IMG/VR virus record: IMGVR_UViG_3300045974_000167
Span: 19,560 to 83,559 of that record
DNA from: a virus
Strand: one strand, 5' to 3'
Length of the DNA: 64,000 nt
Shown piece by piece: positions 9,143 through 18,283 of the stretch. Every line of letters starts with the position of its first letter. Within the stretch, counting starts at the first letter, position 1. A program made the position numbers and the translations under genes. The notes below the pieces were generated by a model. That model worked only from the letters and a program-made list of their open reading frames with translations. It was not told the DNA's origin and ran no database searches.

Positions 9143-10351
9143 GTGCGCTTGTTTGACCTAGCTTTCAAGGCTCGTCTGCCCATTATCGGTGTGCAGACGG
9201 ATGATACCGCTAACTTCGATAAGGTACTCGCGTTTTACGCGGCCCCTAAGAAGGTGGCTTCTCTTGCGGAGAAGCACAAGACGCTAGGTCCGTACCTCTA
9301 CTGGACTGATGATGAGGATCTGGTTACCACGGATACCTACGAGGAATTCCGCGCCGCAGGATTGTCGCTAATAGTCCTTAATTTCGATACTTCCCGCAAG
9401 AATCCACTGATTTTCGACGGAGGCATCCTCCCGACCCCGGATCCTTTAGTCAGGTATCTTCTATCTGATATGCTAGGGGAAGAATGGGTAGAGCCAATCA
9501 TCCCAGGTCTTCGCGGCCTGTCTCTGAAATCCATTAGGGAAGTCCTACTACTTACCCAAGCACGAGTTAATGGAATTACCCTCGCTGAGATCCGGCGCAC
9601 TAGGTCGTCCCTCGTGGGTGGGGCTACCGGACTCTATCTTGAGGATTCTAGCTATGACTTTTACCAGTGGCCGGAACATCTTAGGGCGTGGTTGGAGCTT
9701 AATAAGTCGTATTTTCACAAGGAAACGCACCACAAGCTTGTACCAAGGGGACTTATGTTTAACGGACCTCCCGGTGTGGGGAAGTCCATGGCGGCTAAGG
9801 CCATCGCAAATACGTTTGGTGTACCGCTATACCGATTCGATATCTCAAGCACTCTCGACAAATACATCGGAGTCTCCGAGGGTCGAGTTCAGAACGTTCT
9901 TGATCTCGTCAACCGAGAAGCCCCCTGTGTTCTTCTCCTAGACGAAGTAGAGAAAATCTTCCAGGGTAAGGAGGATTCGGGGGTAATCAATCGACTGTTA
10001 TCTAAGTTACTGTGGTGGCTTGCAGAACATCAGAGCCGGGTGTTCACGGTTATGACCACTAATGATAAGAGTTCGATCCCTCCCGAGTTGTACCGGACAG
10101 GCCGCATCGATAAGGTGATGCCTATCTCCAAGTTGACGTTCAATGAATCCCGTAAGTTTGCGGCGCAGGTGTTCGAGAGTATCCTAGAGATGAAGCCCGC
10201 TCTAGGACAAGTCCCGACGATTACGAAGGCTCTGCAATCGATTGCGCCCGCAGACTATCATCCTGACTTTCCCCTACTAGCCCACGCCGATGTAACGGAG
10301 GTAGTCGTTAACGAAATTAAAAAGCACGGTTGGGACGTTCCCAAAAAATAA
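9143..10351 (+). CDS. AAA+ ATPase (Ycf46-like)
   Basis: Walker A GPPGVGKS, Walker B LLLDEVEK, SRH TTN...PPELYRTGRID. Confidence 0.9.
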   Translation: MRLFDLAFKARLPIIGVQTDDTANFDKVLAFYAAPKKVASLAEKHKTLGPYLYWTDDEDLVTTDTYEEFRAAGLSLIVLNFDTSRKNPLIFDGGILPTPDPLVRYLLSDMLGEEWVEPIIPGLRGLSLKSIREVLLLTQARVNGITLAEIRRTRSSLVGGATGLYLEDSSYDFYQWPEHLRAWLELNKSYFHKETHHKLVPRGLMFNGPPGVGKSMAAKAIANTFGVPLYRFDISSTLDKYIGVSEGRVQNVLDLVNREAPCVLLLDEVEKIFQGKEDSGVINRLLSKLLWWLAEHQSRVFTVMTTNDKSSIPPELYRTGRIDKVMPISKLTFNESRKFAAQVFESILEMKPALGQVPTITKALQSIAPADYHPDFPLLAHADVTEVVVNEIKKHGWDVPKK

Positions 10352-10355
10352 TCGG

Positions 10356-10384
10356 TTGACAAATCTAGGTTGATTTGTTACGGT
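10356..10384 (+). promoter_or_regulatory. sigma70-type promoter (fixed-AG spacer class)
   Basis: TTGACA-aatctAGgttgatttgt-TACGGT. Confidence 0.75.
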
Positions 10385-10426
10385 GCAAATCGCTGTTGCG
10401 GTACAACCCAAACAATGGAGTGATAC

Positions 10427-11032
10427 TTGAATCCTGCACTTAAGACGGTCGAAGACGTTGAGAAGCACTTTGCTCCCCTCGTTGGGGAGAAGCCGGTGTT
10501 CCGTACGGGGACCGGTCGTCCGTACATCCGCATCGCAAACAAGGGTGATGCCAGCCTTTTCCTCAATGTTGTCCTTGAATCCTTCGAGTACAAGGAGAAG
10601 CCGGTGCGCGGAGTCGTTGCCCGGTTCTTCCAGACAGGGGGGGTGCCTACGTCCTTCGCCCCGCCGCTCAAGGTCCGCGCCGAAGGGAACTTTGAGGGAA
10701 CTAAGCTGTTCCGGCTGTCGAAGCTGAATTTCGCGCTGTGTGATTACGCGCATCCCGCGCCGATCACGGCATGGCACAACCAGAAGGTCACGCTCCAGCT
10801 TGTTGAGTGGCTTCAGGGCGTGGTTCAGTTTGCCTCTGCGACCCCGGTGGGTCCGGAGGTGCTCGCTCAGATCGTAGAGCTGACGATCCCTTCCGCCGAT
10901 AAGGTGTCGGATGCGAAGGAACTGTTCTCTCTCGACCCGTTCGATGGGGACGACAAGAACGCGAAGGCTGTTCCCTCTGAGGGCGATGCCGAAGAGGCTG
11001 ATGAGCCCGACGAGGATGTCGAGGGAGAGTAG
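10427..11032 (+). CDS. Hypothetical protein with acidic C-terminal tail
   Basis: GC3-rich coding pattern; promoter and ATGGAG RBS upstream. Confidence 0.7.
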   Translation: MNPALKTVEDVEKHFAPLVGEKPVFRTGTGRPYIRIANKGDASLFLNVVLESFEYKEKPVRGVVARFFQTGGVPTSFAPPLKVRAEGNFEGTKLFRLSKLNFALCDYAHPAPITAWHNQKVTLQLVEWLQGVVQFASATPVGPEVLAQIVELTIPSADKVSDAKELFSLDPFDGDDKNAKAVPSEGDAEEADEPDEDVEGE

Positions 11033-11143
11033 GCCGTACTGAGGGGCTGCCCACGCTGCACCGCCACGCCGCCCCCCTCAGTTGCAGCCCCCCGCGCCGG
11101 GTCGGGGCTCCCAAAACCCGGCACTTTCTATTTGAGGGGATAG

Positions 11144-12154
11144 ATGCCCGAAAACGTGATAGTCGTTAAGCCTGTGTATAAACAGATCACGGGCAGCATG
11201 AATTCTGCGGCGCTCCTAGCTCAAATAATTTATTGGCATACCCCCGGCGCTACCGGCGCGACTAAGCTGCGCGTAAAACGCGATGGGGAATTGTGGCTCG
11301 TTAAATCGTGGAAGGATTGGGAAACCGAAATCGGCCTTTCCCGAATGCAGAGCCGTGTAGCTCTTGACAAACTGCGGGCATTGGGGCTTATATTCACCCA
11401 AGTCCACAAGTTTAACAGCACGCCAACGACGTACATCAAGCTCCGGGTAGACATGCTTGATGCGGCCATCGAAAAGGTCAATGATTCCGCCGAAAAGTTA
11501 CCGGTAACCAATCACGGAATGGTTACCAAGGGCCAATCCGATTGGTTACCGGTAACCAATCTTATAACAGAGACTACTAAACAAGAGACTACACATGACA
11601 CTTTGTCCGCAAAATCAGAGAATGTCAAAGAAGCAGTAGAGAAGGAAAATATGGCAACATTAGAAGAGACATTAAAATTTAAGAAAGAACAGGCTGAAAA
11701 AGTTTTAGCGGGAACGAATCCGGCGAAACTCGCTCTACGCTGGAAGAAGCGACTAGCCAAGACATATGGCGGTTATGTGAAAGATTTGACCGGTGCCGAA
11801 ATGGGACAGCTCGGTCTACTCGCTAAGATGATGGGGCCTACGGACACGGCTAAGTACATCGAAAAGACCGTGGATCTCGCGGCTACGAACTGGGAGGAGT
11901 ATGTATTTGAGGTCAGGGCCAAGTACGGGTTAACCACGACACCCGAAAGACCCGTTGTAGGTTTCCTACTGAAGTACCATGATGTTGCTATTCAGATGTT
12001 GCAATCGAGTGCAAAACAGGTTAAGCCTCAGAATGTAACTCCGTTGAAGGCGGAATCTGTTGCCGCGCCTCAAGAAGTGACTAAGACTAAGGTTGACGTA
12101 GCTTCTAAACAAATGGTCGCGGAGGCCCTCGCAAAACTGAAGCAACAGAAATGA
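11144..12154 (+). CDS. Replication initiator / replisome organiser (winged-HTH)
   Basis: AALLAQIIYW...WLVKSWKDWETEIGLS...ALDKLRALGLI and ITETTKQETT linker, typical of phage O-like initiators; upstream of DnaC-like and DnaB genes. Confidence 0.75.
   Translation: MPENVIVVKPVYKQITGSMNSAALLAQIIYWHTPGATGATKLRVKRDGELWLVKSWKDWETEIGLSRMQSRVALDKLRALGLIFTQVHKFNSTPTTYIKLRVDMLDAAIEKVNDSAEKLPVTNHGMVTKGQSDWLPVTNLITETTKQETTHDTLSAKSENVKEAVEKENMATLEETLKFKKEQAEKVLAGTNPAKLALRWKKRLAKTYGGYVKDLTGAEMGQLGLLAKMMGPTDTAKYIEKTVDLAATNWEEYVFEVRAKYGLTTTPERPVVGFLLKYHDVAIQMLQSSAKQVKPQNVTPLKAESVAAPQEVTKTKVDVASKQMVAEALAKLKQQK
11499..11562. repeat. Candidate iterons inside the initiator gene
   Basis: GTTACCGGTAACCAATC occurs twice (~11497 and ~11545), with GGTTACC between; the core is palindromic. 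Confidence 0.5.
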
Positions 12155-12163
12155 GGAGAAGTC

Positions 12164-12694
12164 ATGCTAAACGCAGAACATCACGACCGACTCATTAAGA
12201 ACTTGGACGCGATTTGCCATACCGCAAACGTGCCCAAGACCTTTATGCAGAAGTCGGCCAAGGAGTTCTGCTCCGGGGTAGAGCTGGATTGGCTCACTCG
12301 CTTCCCTGTTTTCCAGCGAGAGGGCAAAGGTCTTGTGCTTGTTGGTAAGCACGAAACCGCTCCCGATATAAAGATGATGGCAATGGCCGCAACACTCCTG
12401 CGTAACTATATCGACGCCCGTGTCATTACCGTGCAGACGTTGCTTGAGGCTTCCGAGCATCACCATGAGATCCCTGATCCCACGGTGCTGCTCATTCCGA
12501 ACCTGTATGTACGACAGGGCGGAAAGGGAATCCCCTCTTGGAAGATGAGCCTCATCTACGACCTACTCCTGTCCCGCTTCACGGCGGGGAAGGTTACGGT
12601 CGCCTACGTTGAGGATATGAAGGTACTAGCCGCTGATTACGGGGCATTAATGGCGCAGCACTTGAAGTCGGGCTACCTAATCTCCGAAGGGTAG
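12164..12694 (+). CDS. DnaC/IstB-like helicase loader (degenerate Walker motifs)
   Basis: GKGLVLVG...MAATLLR...VLLIPNL...IYDLLLSRF..GK.T layout; lies between initiator and helicase. Confidence 0.55.
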   Translation: MLNAEHHDRLIKNLDAICHTANVPKTFMQKSAKEFCSGVELDWLTRFPVFQREGKGLVLVGKHETAPDIKMMAMAATLLRNYIDARVITVQTLLEASEHHHEIPDPTVLLIPNLYVRQGGKGIPSWKMSLIYDLLLSRFTAGKVTVAYVEDMKVLAADYGALMAQHLKSGYLISEG

Positions 12695-12698
12695 AACT

Positions 12699-13157
12699 GT
12701 GTCTAAAACTATTGAGCTAACCGGTCTTCGCTTCGGAAGACTGGTGGTGGGAGATTTTGCCGGAATTTCTAAATTTGGGAGTAAACTTTGGGAATGCCTC
12801 TGTGATTGCGGAACAACCAAGATAATCTCGTCCGCAAGCTTGCGGCAAGGTGGTACTGTCTCCTGCGGTTGCAAGATGCGTGAGGGTCGTCCCCCTAAAC
12901 ACGGTAAAACTGGTTCTAAAGTATGGAAAGCATGGGAAGCCATGCTTGACCGTTGCCATAATCCTAAGAACAAGCGGTTCCACGATTACGGAGGGCGTGG
13001 AATCGTCGTATGTTACCGATGGCTAAAGTTTGAAAACTTTTACGAGGATATGTGGGATCCCGCAAAGGGTATGTCCCTAGATAGACTTAATAACGACGGC
13101 AATTACGAACCAAGTAACTGCCGATGGGCTACGGCAAAAACAACAGGCATCGAATAG
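12699..13157 (+). CDS. HNH-type homing endonuclease, apparently +1 frameshifted near the C-terminus
   Basis: GLRFGRLVV, WECLCDCG, SCGC, YGGRGI.VC.RW..FENF, SLDRLNNDGNYEPSNCRWAT; one extra A in the run at 13136-13140. Confidence 0.85.
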   Translation: MSKTIELTGLRFGRLVVGDFAGISKFGSKLWECLCDCGTTKIISSASLRQGGTVSCGCKMREGRPPKHGKTGSKVWKAWEAMLDRCHNPKNKRFHDYGGRGIVVCYRWLKFENFYEDMWDPAKGMSLDRLNNDGNYEPSNCRWATAKTTGIE

Positions 13158-13199
13158 ACGTAAACCCAAACCCTACGCGCCGCGAAAGAAGGTTGCGTA

Positions 13200-14480
13200 A
13201 TGTCTACGTTCATGCTCGGGGCAAAAGCTATAAAGAAATTGGCCCTCGAACAGAATGCTCTTGCGTTCTTCCAGGCGAAATTTTCTCCTCCGATGTTCAA
13301 GGGCGAGAAAGAGCTTGCGCTGCTGGAATTCACAAGAAAGCACTATGACGAGTGCCACACACTCCCAACGATTCAAACTCTGGAAACGAAGTTCCCGGAG
13401 ATCAAGGAGATAGACGTACCCGAACCGTCGATTTACTACGTCAAGCAGATGGAGAAGAGGTTTGGATATGACCTCTTGAGCAAGGCGACGGCGGAAAGCA
13501 GGGATATCTTAAAGAAGGACGACGAAGCTGTTGAAAATGCATGGAAGATTCTGCGGGATGCCCAAAATACTTGGACCCAGCAGAAGTACAGACATAAGAT
13601 CCTAGATGTAAATGTAGACCTGCCCGAATTGCTGCTCACGCAGTACCACGGGAACCTACTGGGATCGGATATGGCCCCCGCATTCTTCGGGTGGCCGTAT
13701 CTAGACGACCTTGGTGGGATTGCCCCTGCCGAGGTTGTTTCTTTTGTGGGCCGTCCTGCTACTGGGAAGTCCTACAAGATGCTGTATTGCGCCCTCCATA
13801 ACTGGAGCAAGCGCCACGAAAACGTGCTGTTTGTGTCGATGGAGATGGGGCACCTGCTCATCGGTCAGCGCGTTGGTGCCATGTATACCAACACGCCCGT
13901 CAAGCAACTGATGGCGGGGGGGTTCTCAAGTCAGACGTTCTTGATGTTCGCTGAGAAGATTACGGATATCAAGAAAGAGCCCGCAAAGTTCTACGTTATC
14001 GACGGTAATCTCGCGGCCAGCGTAGACGATATTTACAACCTCGCACTTCTCCTGAAGTGTAGAATCGTCTTCATCGACGGTGCCTATATGTTGAGGCACC
14101 CGAACCCTAGACTCGATAGGTATACGAAGGTTGCCGAAAACATCGAATGGATCAAGCGTGTCTCGTCGGATAACAAGTTCATTACGTTCTGTTCGTGGCA
14201 GTTTGCCAAGACGGCCGTGACGAAGAAGAAGCAGAAAGGGGCGAAAGAGGGGCTAGAGGATATCGGCTACTCCGATGCGATTGGTCAAATCAGCGCCCTC
14301 GTCATAGGTATCATGCAGGAAGAGGGCGTAGAAACGATAATGAAGCGAAAGCTTGAGTTACTGAAGGGTCGTAACGGTGAAATCGGTTCGTGGGAAATCA
14401 ATTGGAATTTCATGGAGATGGACTTCCAACAGGTAGATGTTAATACCCAAAAAACCTCCGACGAATTGCAGTATGTATGA
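13200..14480 (+). CDS. DnaB-like replicative helicase
   Basis: GRPATGKS, LFVSMEM, VFIDGAY, IGYSDAIGQ, LKGRNGE (SF4 motifs). Confidence 0.88.
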   Translation: MSTFMLGAKAIKKLALEQNALAFFQAKFSPPMFKGEKELALLEFTRKHYDECHTLPTIQTLETKFPEIKEIDVPEPSIYYVKQMEKRFGYDLLSKATAESRDILKKDDEAVENAWKILRDAQNTWTQQKYRHKILDVNVDLPELLLTQYHGNLLGSDMAPAFFGWPYLDDLGGIAPAEVVSFVGRPATGKSYKMLYCALHNWSKRHENVLFVSMEMGHLLIGQRVGAMYTNTPVKQLMAGGFSSQTFLMFAEKITDIKKEPAKFYVIDGNLAASVDDIYNLALLLKCRIVFIDGAYMLRHPNPRLDRYTKVAENIEWIKRVSSDNKFITFCSWQFAKTAVTKKKQKGAKEGLEDIGYSDAIGQISALVIGIMQEEGVETIMKRKLELLKGRNGEIGSWEINWNFMEMDFQQVDVNTQKTSDELQYV

Positions 14481-14701
14481 GCGGAAATCCCTGGACAAAA
14501 CTAGATTCCGCCCCTATAATAAACATACTAACGGTTGAACCCTGTAAGTGTCTAAAATATAAGTACCCGCACGTTCATAAGCCGATTCAGGATAAAGACG
14601 GCGATATCTTCGCGTGGGATGATCAACCGGTAGCGTTACCCCCGGGAATGACCAGCTTCAAATTTAATTTACTCAAACCTTTTAAGGGAATATACAAATG
14701 A
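14477..14701 (+). CDS. Hypothetical protein
   Basis: ATGA overlaps at both ends. Confidence 0.5.
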   Translation: MSGNPWTKLDSAPIINILTVEPCKCLKYKYPHVHKPIQDKDGDIFAWDDQPVALPPGMTSFKFNLLKPFKGIYK

Positions 14702-14991
14702 GCGAGCTTGCTGCTGTTCCTGACGTTGAGACTCCTGCCCCGGTTGCAAAGAACCGCGCCCGACTGATGATTGACTTCCTGAGCCCCGAGGATGTGCTTG
14801 AGTTCGTGAGCAAGCTTCGCCTCGCGGGCCACCTCCCCGACGCCGCCAAGGTCTACCAGTCGGATGCGCTGGACTTTCAGGCCCGTAAGATTCAGGGTGT
14901 TGGCCGCAAGCACACCTTCATCCTGCGTAACCCGGATGAGTCCCGCAAGGAGCTGAAGTTCGTGACGAAGAAGGTTCTGGCGGTAGAGTAA
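14698..14991 (+). CDS. Hypothetical protein
   Basis: Coupled ORF with a GC3-rich codon pattern. Confidence 0.6.
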   Translation: MSELAAVPDVETPAPVAKNRARLMIDFLSPEDVLEFVSKLRLAGHLPDAAKVYQSDALDFQARKIQGVGRKHTFILRNPDESRKELKFVTKKVLAVE

Positions 14992-15051
14992 TGCGGGCCG
15001 GTTGTGCCGGGGGAGTCTGCACTTGATTGCAGGCTCCCCTAATCTTTTCGT

Positions 15052-15080
15052 TTGACAAATGTAGACTGTTTGACTATCCT
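15052..15080 (+). promoter_or_regulatory. sigma70-type promoter (fixed-AG spacer class)
   Basis: TTGACA-aatgtAGactgtttgac-TATCCT. Confidence 0.75.
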
Positions 15081-15125
15081 GTATTTTGTAACGGCGCGGT
15101 TCGGCCACTAACCCATGGAGGGATT

Positions 15126-15590
15126 ATGACTGTCAAGGTCACTCAGCTTCAGAAGCCCGTTGCTAAGGTGAAGGATTCTCTCAAGTCTGCGGCGCTGTCC
15201 AAGGACACCCGTGCGGCCATCGACCGCCTTTGGGAAATCGAGCAGAAGCTTGCTCCCATGCGGGCACTTCTCAAGGAAGAGAAGAAGATTCGGGAGCATC
15301 TGTCGGAGGTTGCTTCCAACACCGAACGGTTTGACCCCAAGATGCCCGCCATCCTAGAGGGTGATGCTGCCGTCCTTGAATACGGCGCGGCTAGCTCTAC
15401 CCGGGAAATCTCCAACAAGGACGGAGCAATCCAGCTCCTCAAGGAGAAGATGGGCGGCTACGAGAAGCTTCTCGCAATCATCAAGATCAACCTCGGTGAT
15501 CTCGACCAGTACACGACCGAGGAGGAGCGGGCACCCTTCGTCAAGAGTGTTGTCGGCTCTAGAAAGTTTACGACCATCAAGGGGAAGTGA
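15126..15590 (+). CDS. Hypothetical coiled-coil protein
   Basis: CCATGGAGGGA RBS before ATG 15126. Confidence 0.7.
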   Translation: MTVKVTQLQKPVAKVKDSLKSAALSKDTRAAIDRLWEIEQKLAPMRALLKEEKKIREHLSEVASNTERFDPKMPAILEGDAAVLEYGAASSTREISNKDGAIQLLKEKMGGYEKLLAIIKINLGDLDQYTTEEERAPFVKSVVGSRKFTTIKGK

Positions 15591-15823
15591 TGGCCCTAAT
15601 TTGCATTGAAATCGATGATAAGTTTCTAGAGTTCAAGGCCGCATGTACCCCCCTGCTTAAATCTGGGATGTTGCCACTTGGCACGTATGTGCGTCCCATA
15701 GTCTCCACTATGGTCATTGCAATGGCCGAAAGCATCTACTACATCCGGCAGGGATCCATCTACAAAGTGAAAGACAGGAGCGGAAATGCGCTACAAGAGC
15801 CAAAAGCTGACGATCAAGAATGA
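15587..15823 (+). CDS. Hypothetical protein
   Basis: GTGA overlap with the upstream gene. Confidence 0.45.
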   Translation: MMALICIEIDDKFLEFKAACTPLLKSGMLPLGTYVRPIVSTMVIAMAESIYYIRQGSIYKVKDRSGNALQEPKADDQE

Positions 15824-15968
15824 GAACAAGATCCACGTTACCGATGCGGGAGAGATCACCCTCAAGTGTCCCGCCTGCGGTAAGCGTAAGCCCCTGACCG
15901 CTTTCGGGCTGCGGCAGATGAAGGACGGCTCCGTTCGTAATCAGCCTTGGTGCCGCGAGTGTAGGTGA
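15786..15968 (+). CDS. Zinc-ribbon protein
   Basis: CPACG...WCRECR; AGGAG RBS. Confidence 0.6.
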   Translation: MRYKSQKLTIKNENKIHVTDAGEITLKCPACGKRKPLTAFGLRQMKDGSVRNQPWCRECR

Positions 15969-16177
15969 TGGAAGTCTCGGGGATAGAGGTTTGTAAACAG
16001 AGAACCCCGACCGCCGATAGGCCCATAGCGTTCCATTGCTACCATCTCCAGCCCTGGTCAGCATCCTCTAACTGCCAAACAGAGATATGTTGCCATTGCG
16101 GGAATACTAGGACCGTAAACCACGGGTCGTTCAAGCCAGCATCGATATTAGGTATCATCTAGTCTGCAATCAATTGC

Positions 16178-17161
16178 ATGAAAAAAGAACTAGTCCTTAA
16201 CCTGATGAAGTCGTTAGGTATGCACGATCCCCTCCCCGTGAACGGGTGGTGGATGGCGCAATGCCCGCTGGCACCTTTTACCCACTCCAAGGGAAAGGAC
16301 ACGCGGCCATCGTTCGGAATGAACATGGAATCCGCTAACTATAACTGCTTTACCTGCGGCAGCGGGAGTGCCACGAAACTTGTGATGTCCCTGGATCTAT
16401 ACTCCAAGGACGACCCAATCCTTTCGGCGCGGTACCACTTCAAGCAAGCTTACGAAGTTCTACAGGGTATAGAGGACTACCTAGAGCCTTTACCCGAGTT
16501 CGGTGCTATAACCCCGAACATGCTAGAGTTTACTCCGTGGCCCGAATGGTGGCTTGAACAGTATCAACCGTGGCATCAGAGCACGACCGCCAAGTGGTAT
16601 CTACATGAGGGGCGTCCTGCGGCGGGCAGTCAGGGAATCCCGGCTGAGATAGCCATCCAGTTCGAGCTACGATACGATTACAAGTACAATCGAATCGTAT
16701 GCCCTTACCGTACCTATACAGGTAAGTTGGCGGGGGCCAGAGGTAGAGCGTGCGATCCAAACGCCACGCTCAAGCACTTCGATTACACCCACGACAAGAT
16801 CAATAATGCTCATGGGGTCTGGTACAACGAACAAGCATTGGAACTTGCGGCCCGCCACCATAAACCCGTAATCGTCGTAGAGGGCCAGTTCGACTGCATG
16901 AGTGTCGCCCGGATTTATCCCTACGTAGTGGCGGGCTTAACTGCCAAGTCTAGCGCCGAAAAGATCACTAAACTGCAAGGTTGTGATGGTGTTGTGACGA
17001 TGCTGGATAATGATGAGACAGGGGAATCGGCCCACATCCGGTACGAAACCCTGCTCCGGAAGCATGTTCCAATTGGGCGTGTTTCGTATCCAAAAGAGTA
17101 CAAAGACCCCGGTTCCCTGCCTCTCGAAGTGCTAGAAAAAGTGCTATCCGATCTTATTTAA
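16178..17161 (+). CDS. DNA primase (Zn finger + TOPRIM)
   Basis: CP...H...D.RPSF...NCFTCG; VVEGQFD; MLDNDETG; YKDPG. Confidence 0.9.
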   Translation: MKKELVLNLMKSLGMHDPLPVNGWWMAQCPLAPFTHSKGKDTRPSFGMNMESANYNCFTCGSGSATKLVMSLDLYSKDDPILSARYHFKQAYEVLQGIEDYLEPLPEFGAITPNMLEFTPWPEWWLEQYQPWHQSTTAKWYLHEGRPAAGSQGIPAEIAIQFELRYDYKYNRIVCPYRTYTGKLAGARGRACDPNATLKHFDYTHDKINNAHGVWYNEQALELAARHHKPVIVVEGQFDCMSVARIYPYVVAGLTAKSSAEKITKLQGCDGVVTMLDNDETGESAHIRYETLLRKHVPIGRVSYPKEYKDPGSLPLEVLEKVLSDLI

Positions 17162-17164
17162 CCT

Positions 17165-17193
17165 TTGACAATCATAGGTCGTTGTCGTACCGT
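17165..17193 (+). promoter_or_regulatory. sigma70-type promoter (fixed-AG spacer class)
   Basis: TTGACA-atcatAGgtcgttgtcg-TACCGT. Confidence 0.75.
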
Positions 17194-17251
17194 GTCACCT
17201 GTCGCACCAACCCGGATCACCGTAATGGTATCCATATAAAGGGGTAAAACA

Positions 17252-18034
17252 ATGGCTGTGTCTTGGTTAAAGCAGGGCGAAGATTCCGCGAAGCTGCACG
17301 AGCAGGAGAAGGCCGCGCAGATCAAGCGGCAGTCGGAGCAGGGTAAGTCCTTCCGGTTCTGGCTGAAGAAGGGCGACGAGGCCAGCATTTGGTTCGTCGA
17401 TGGCGCCCTCCACACGAAGGGCTACCTGGCCCCGCCCAGGTACTACGAGCATACGGTGTTCTTCAACAACACCTGGGACAACATCGTTTGCCCTCAGCAG
17501 ACGATGCCCAGCGCGAAGGAAGTTTGCCCGATTTGCGAGGGCAAGGACCGTGCGGCGCTGGTCAGCCTGTTCACGGTGATCGATACTAGGCCGTACACCA
17601 CGAAGAACGGAATCACCATCCCGTTCACCCGCAAGCTGTTCGTCGCCAAGCCCACCACGTTCGATATGCTGAACAAGATGGCTATCAAGCGCGGCGGTCT
17701 GACGGGGTGCCGGTTCGATGTTTCCCGTACCGGTGACAAGAGCCCGAACGTCGGAGATGTGTTCGACTTTCAGGAGAAGTCCACGGACGTTGAGGCGCTG
17801 ACCCAGATGTTCACCTCCACCTTCAAGGTGAAGGATAAGCAGTCGGGGTCGGATATTCAGAAGACCGTGAACCTCTGGGAGCCCCTCCCCTACGAGAAGG
17901 AGATCATCTTCCGTACCGGCGATGAGCTTCGTAAGATGGGCTTCGGCGCTCCCACCGGAGGGTCGGGCTTCTCGCAGGACACCTCCCCCGCCGCCGATGC
18001 TGGTAAGGGCGAGGATTACGAGACTCACCTCTAA
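17252..18034 (+). CDS. Single-stranded DNA-binding protein (gp32-like)
   Basis: RFWLKKG, YEH...C...CPIC Zn site, FTVID.R, acidic C-terminus. Confidence 0.75.
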   Translation: MAVSWLKQGEDSAKLHEQEKAAQIKRQSEQGKSFRFWLKKGDEASIWFVDGALHTKGYLAPPRYYEHTVFFNNTWDNIVCPQQTMPSAKEVCPICEGKDRAALVSLFTVIDTRPYTTKNGITIPFTRKLFVAKPTTFDMLNKMAIKRGGLTGCRFDVSRTGDKSPNVGDVFDFQEKSTDVEALTQMFTSTFKVKDKQSGSDIQKTVNLWEPLPYEKEIIFRTGDELRKMGFGAPTGGSGFSQDTSPAADAGKGEDYETHL

Positions 18035-18112
18035 AACGTAAAGGGCCGCGCCGCCCGACCTGTGAGGGTTTCCCCCTAAGCTAACCCAGGCGGCACTTTT
18101 AATGGAGTAACT

Positions 18113-18283
18113 ATGCCCTTGTACGTTTACGAATGCGAGAAATGCAATCTTGAGGTTGAAGTGCTTGAGAAGGTGAAGCACTATGCACCTGATTGCAAAC
18201 GCTGCGGTAGAGAGATGAAGAAGAAGATTGTTGCTTCTGCGGCCAAGGCGTTTCCAGGCGCTGCATCTTGGAGAAACGATTGA
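18113..18283 (+). CDS. FmdB-family zinc ribbon protein (absent from the ORF track)
   Basis: MPLYVYECEKC...PDCKRCG.EMKK; ATGGAG RBS. Confidence 0.75.
   Translation: MPLYVYECEKCNLEVEVLEKVKHYAPDCKRCGREMKKKIVASAAKAFPGAASWRND

Noticed and set aside
17267-18181. Long minus-strand ORFs (also 52558-53442, 32631-33215, 7028-7597, 58095-58682)
   Set aside because: Antisense shadows of GC3-biased + strand genes; no RBS or motifs, and promoters and terminators are all + oriented.
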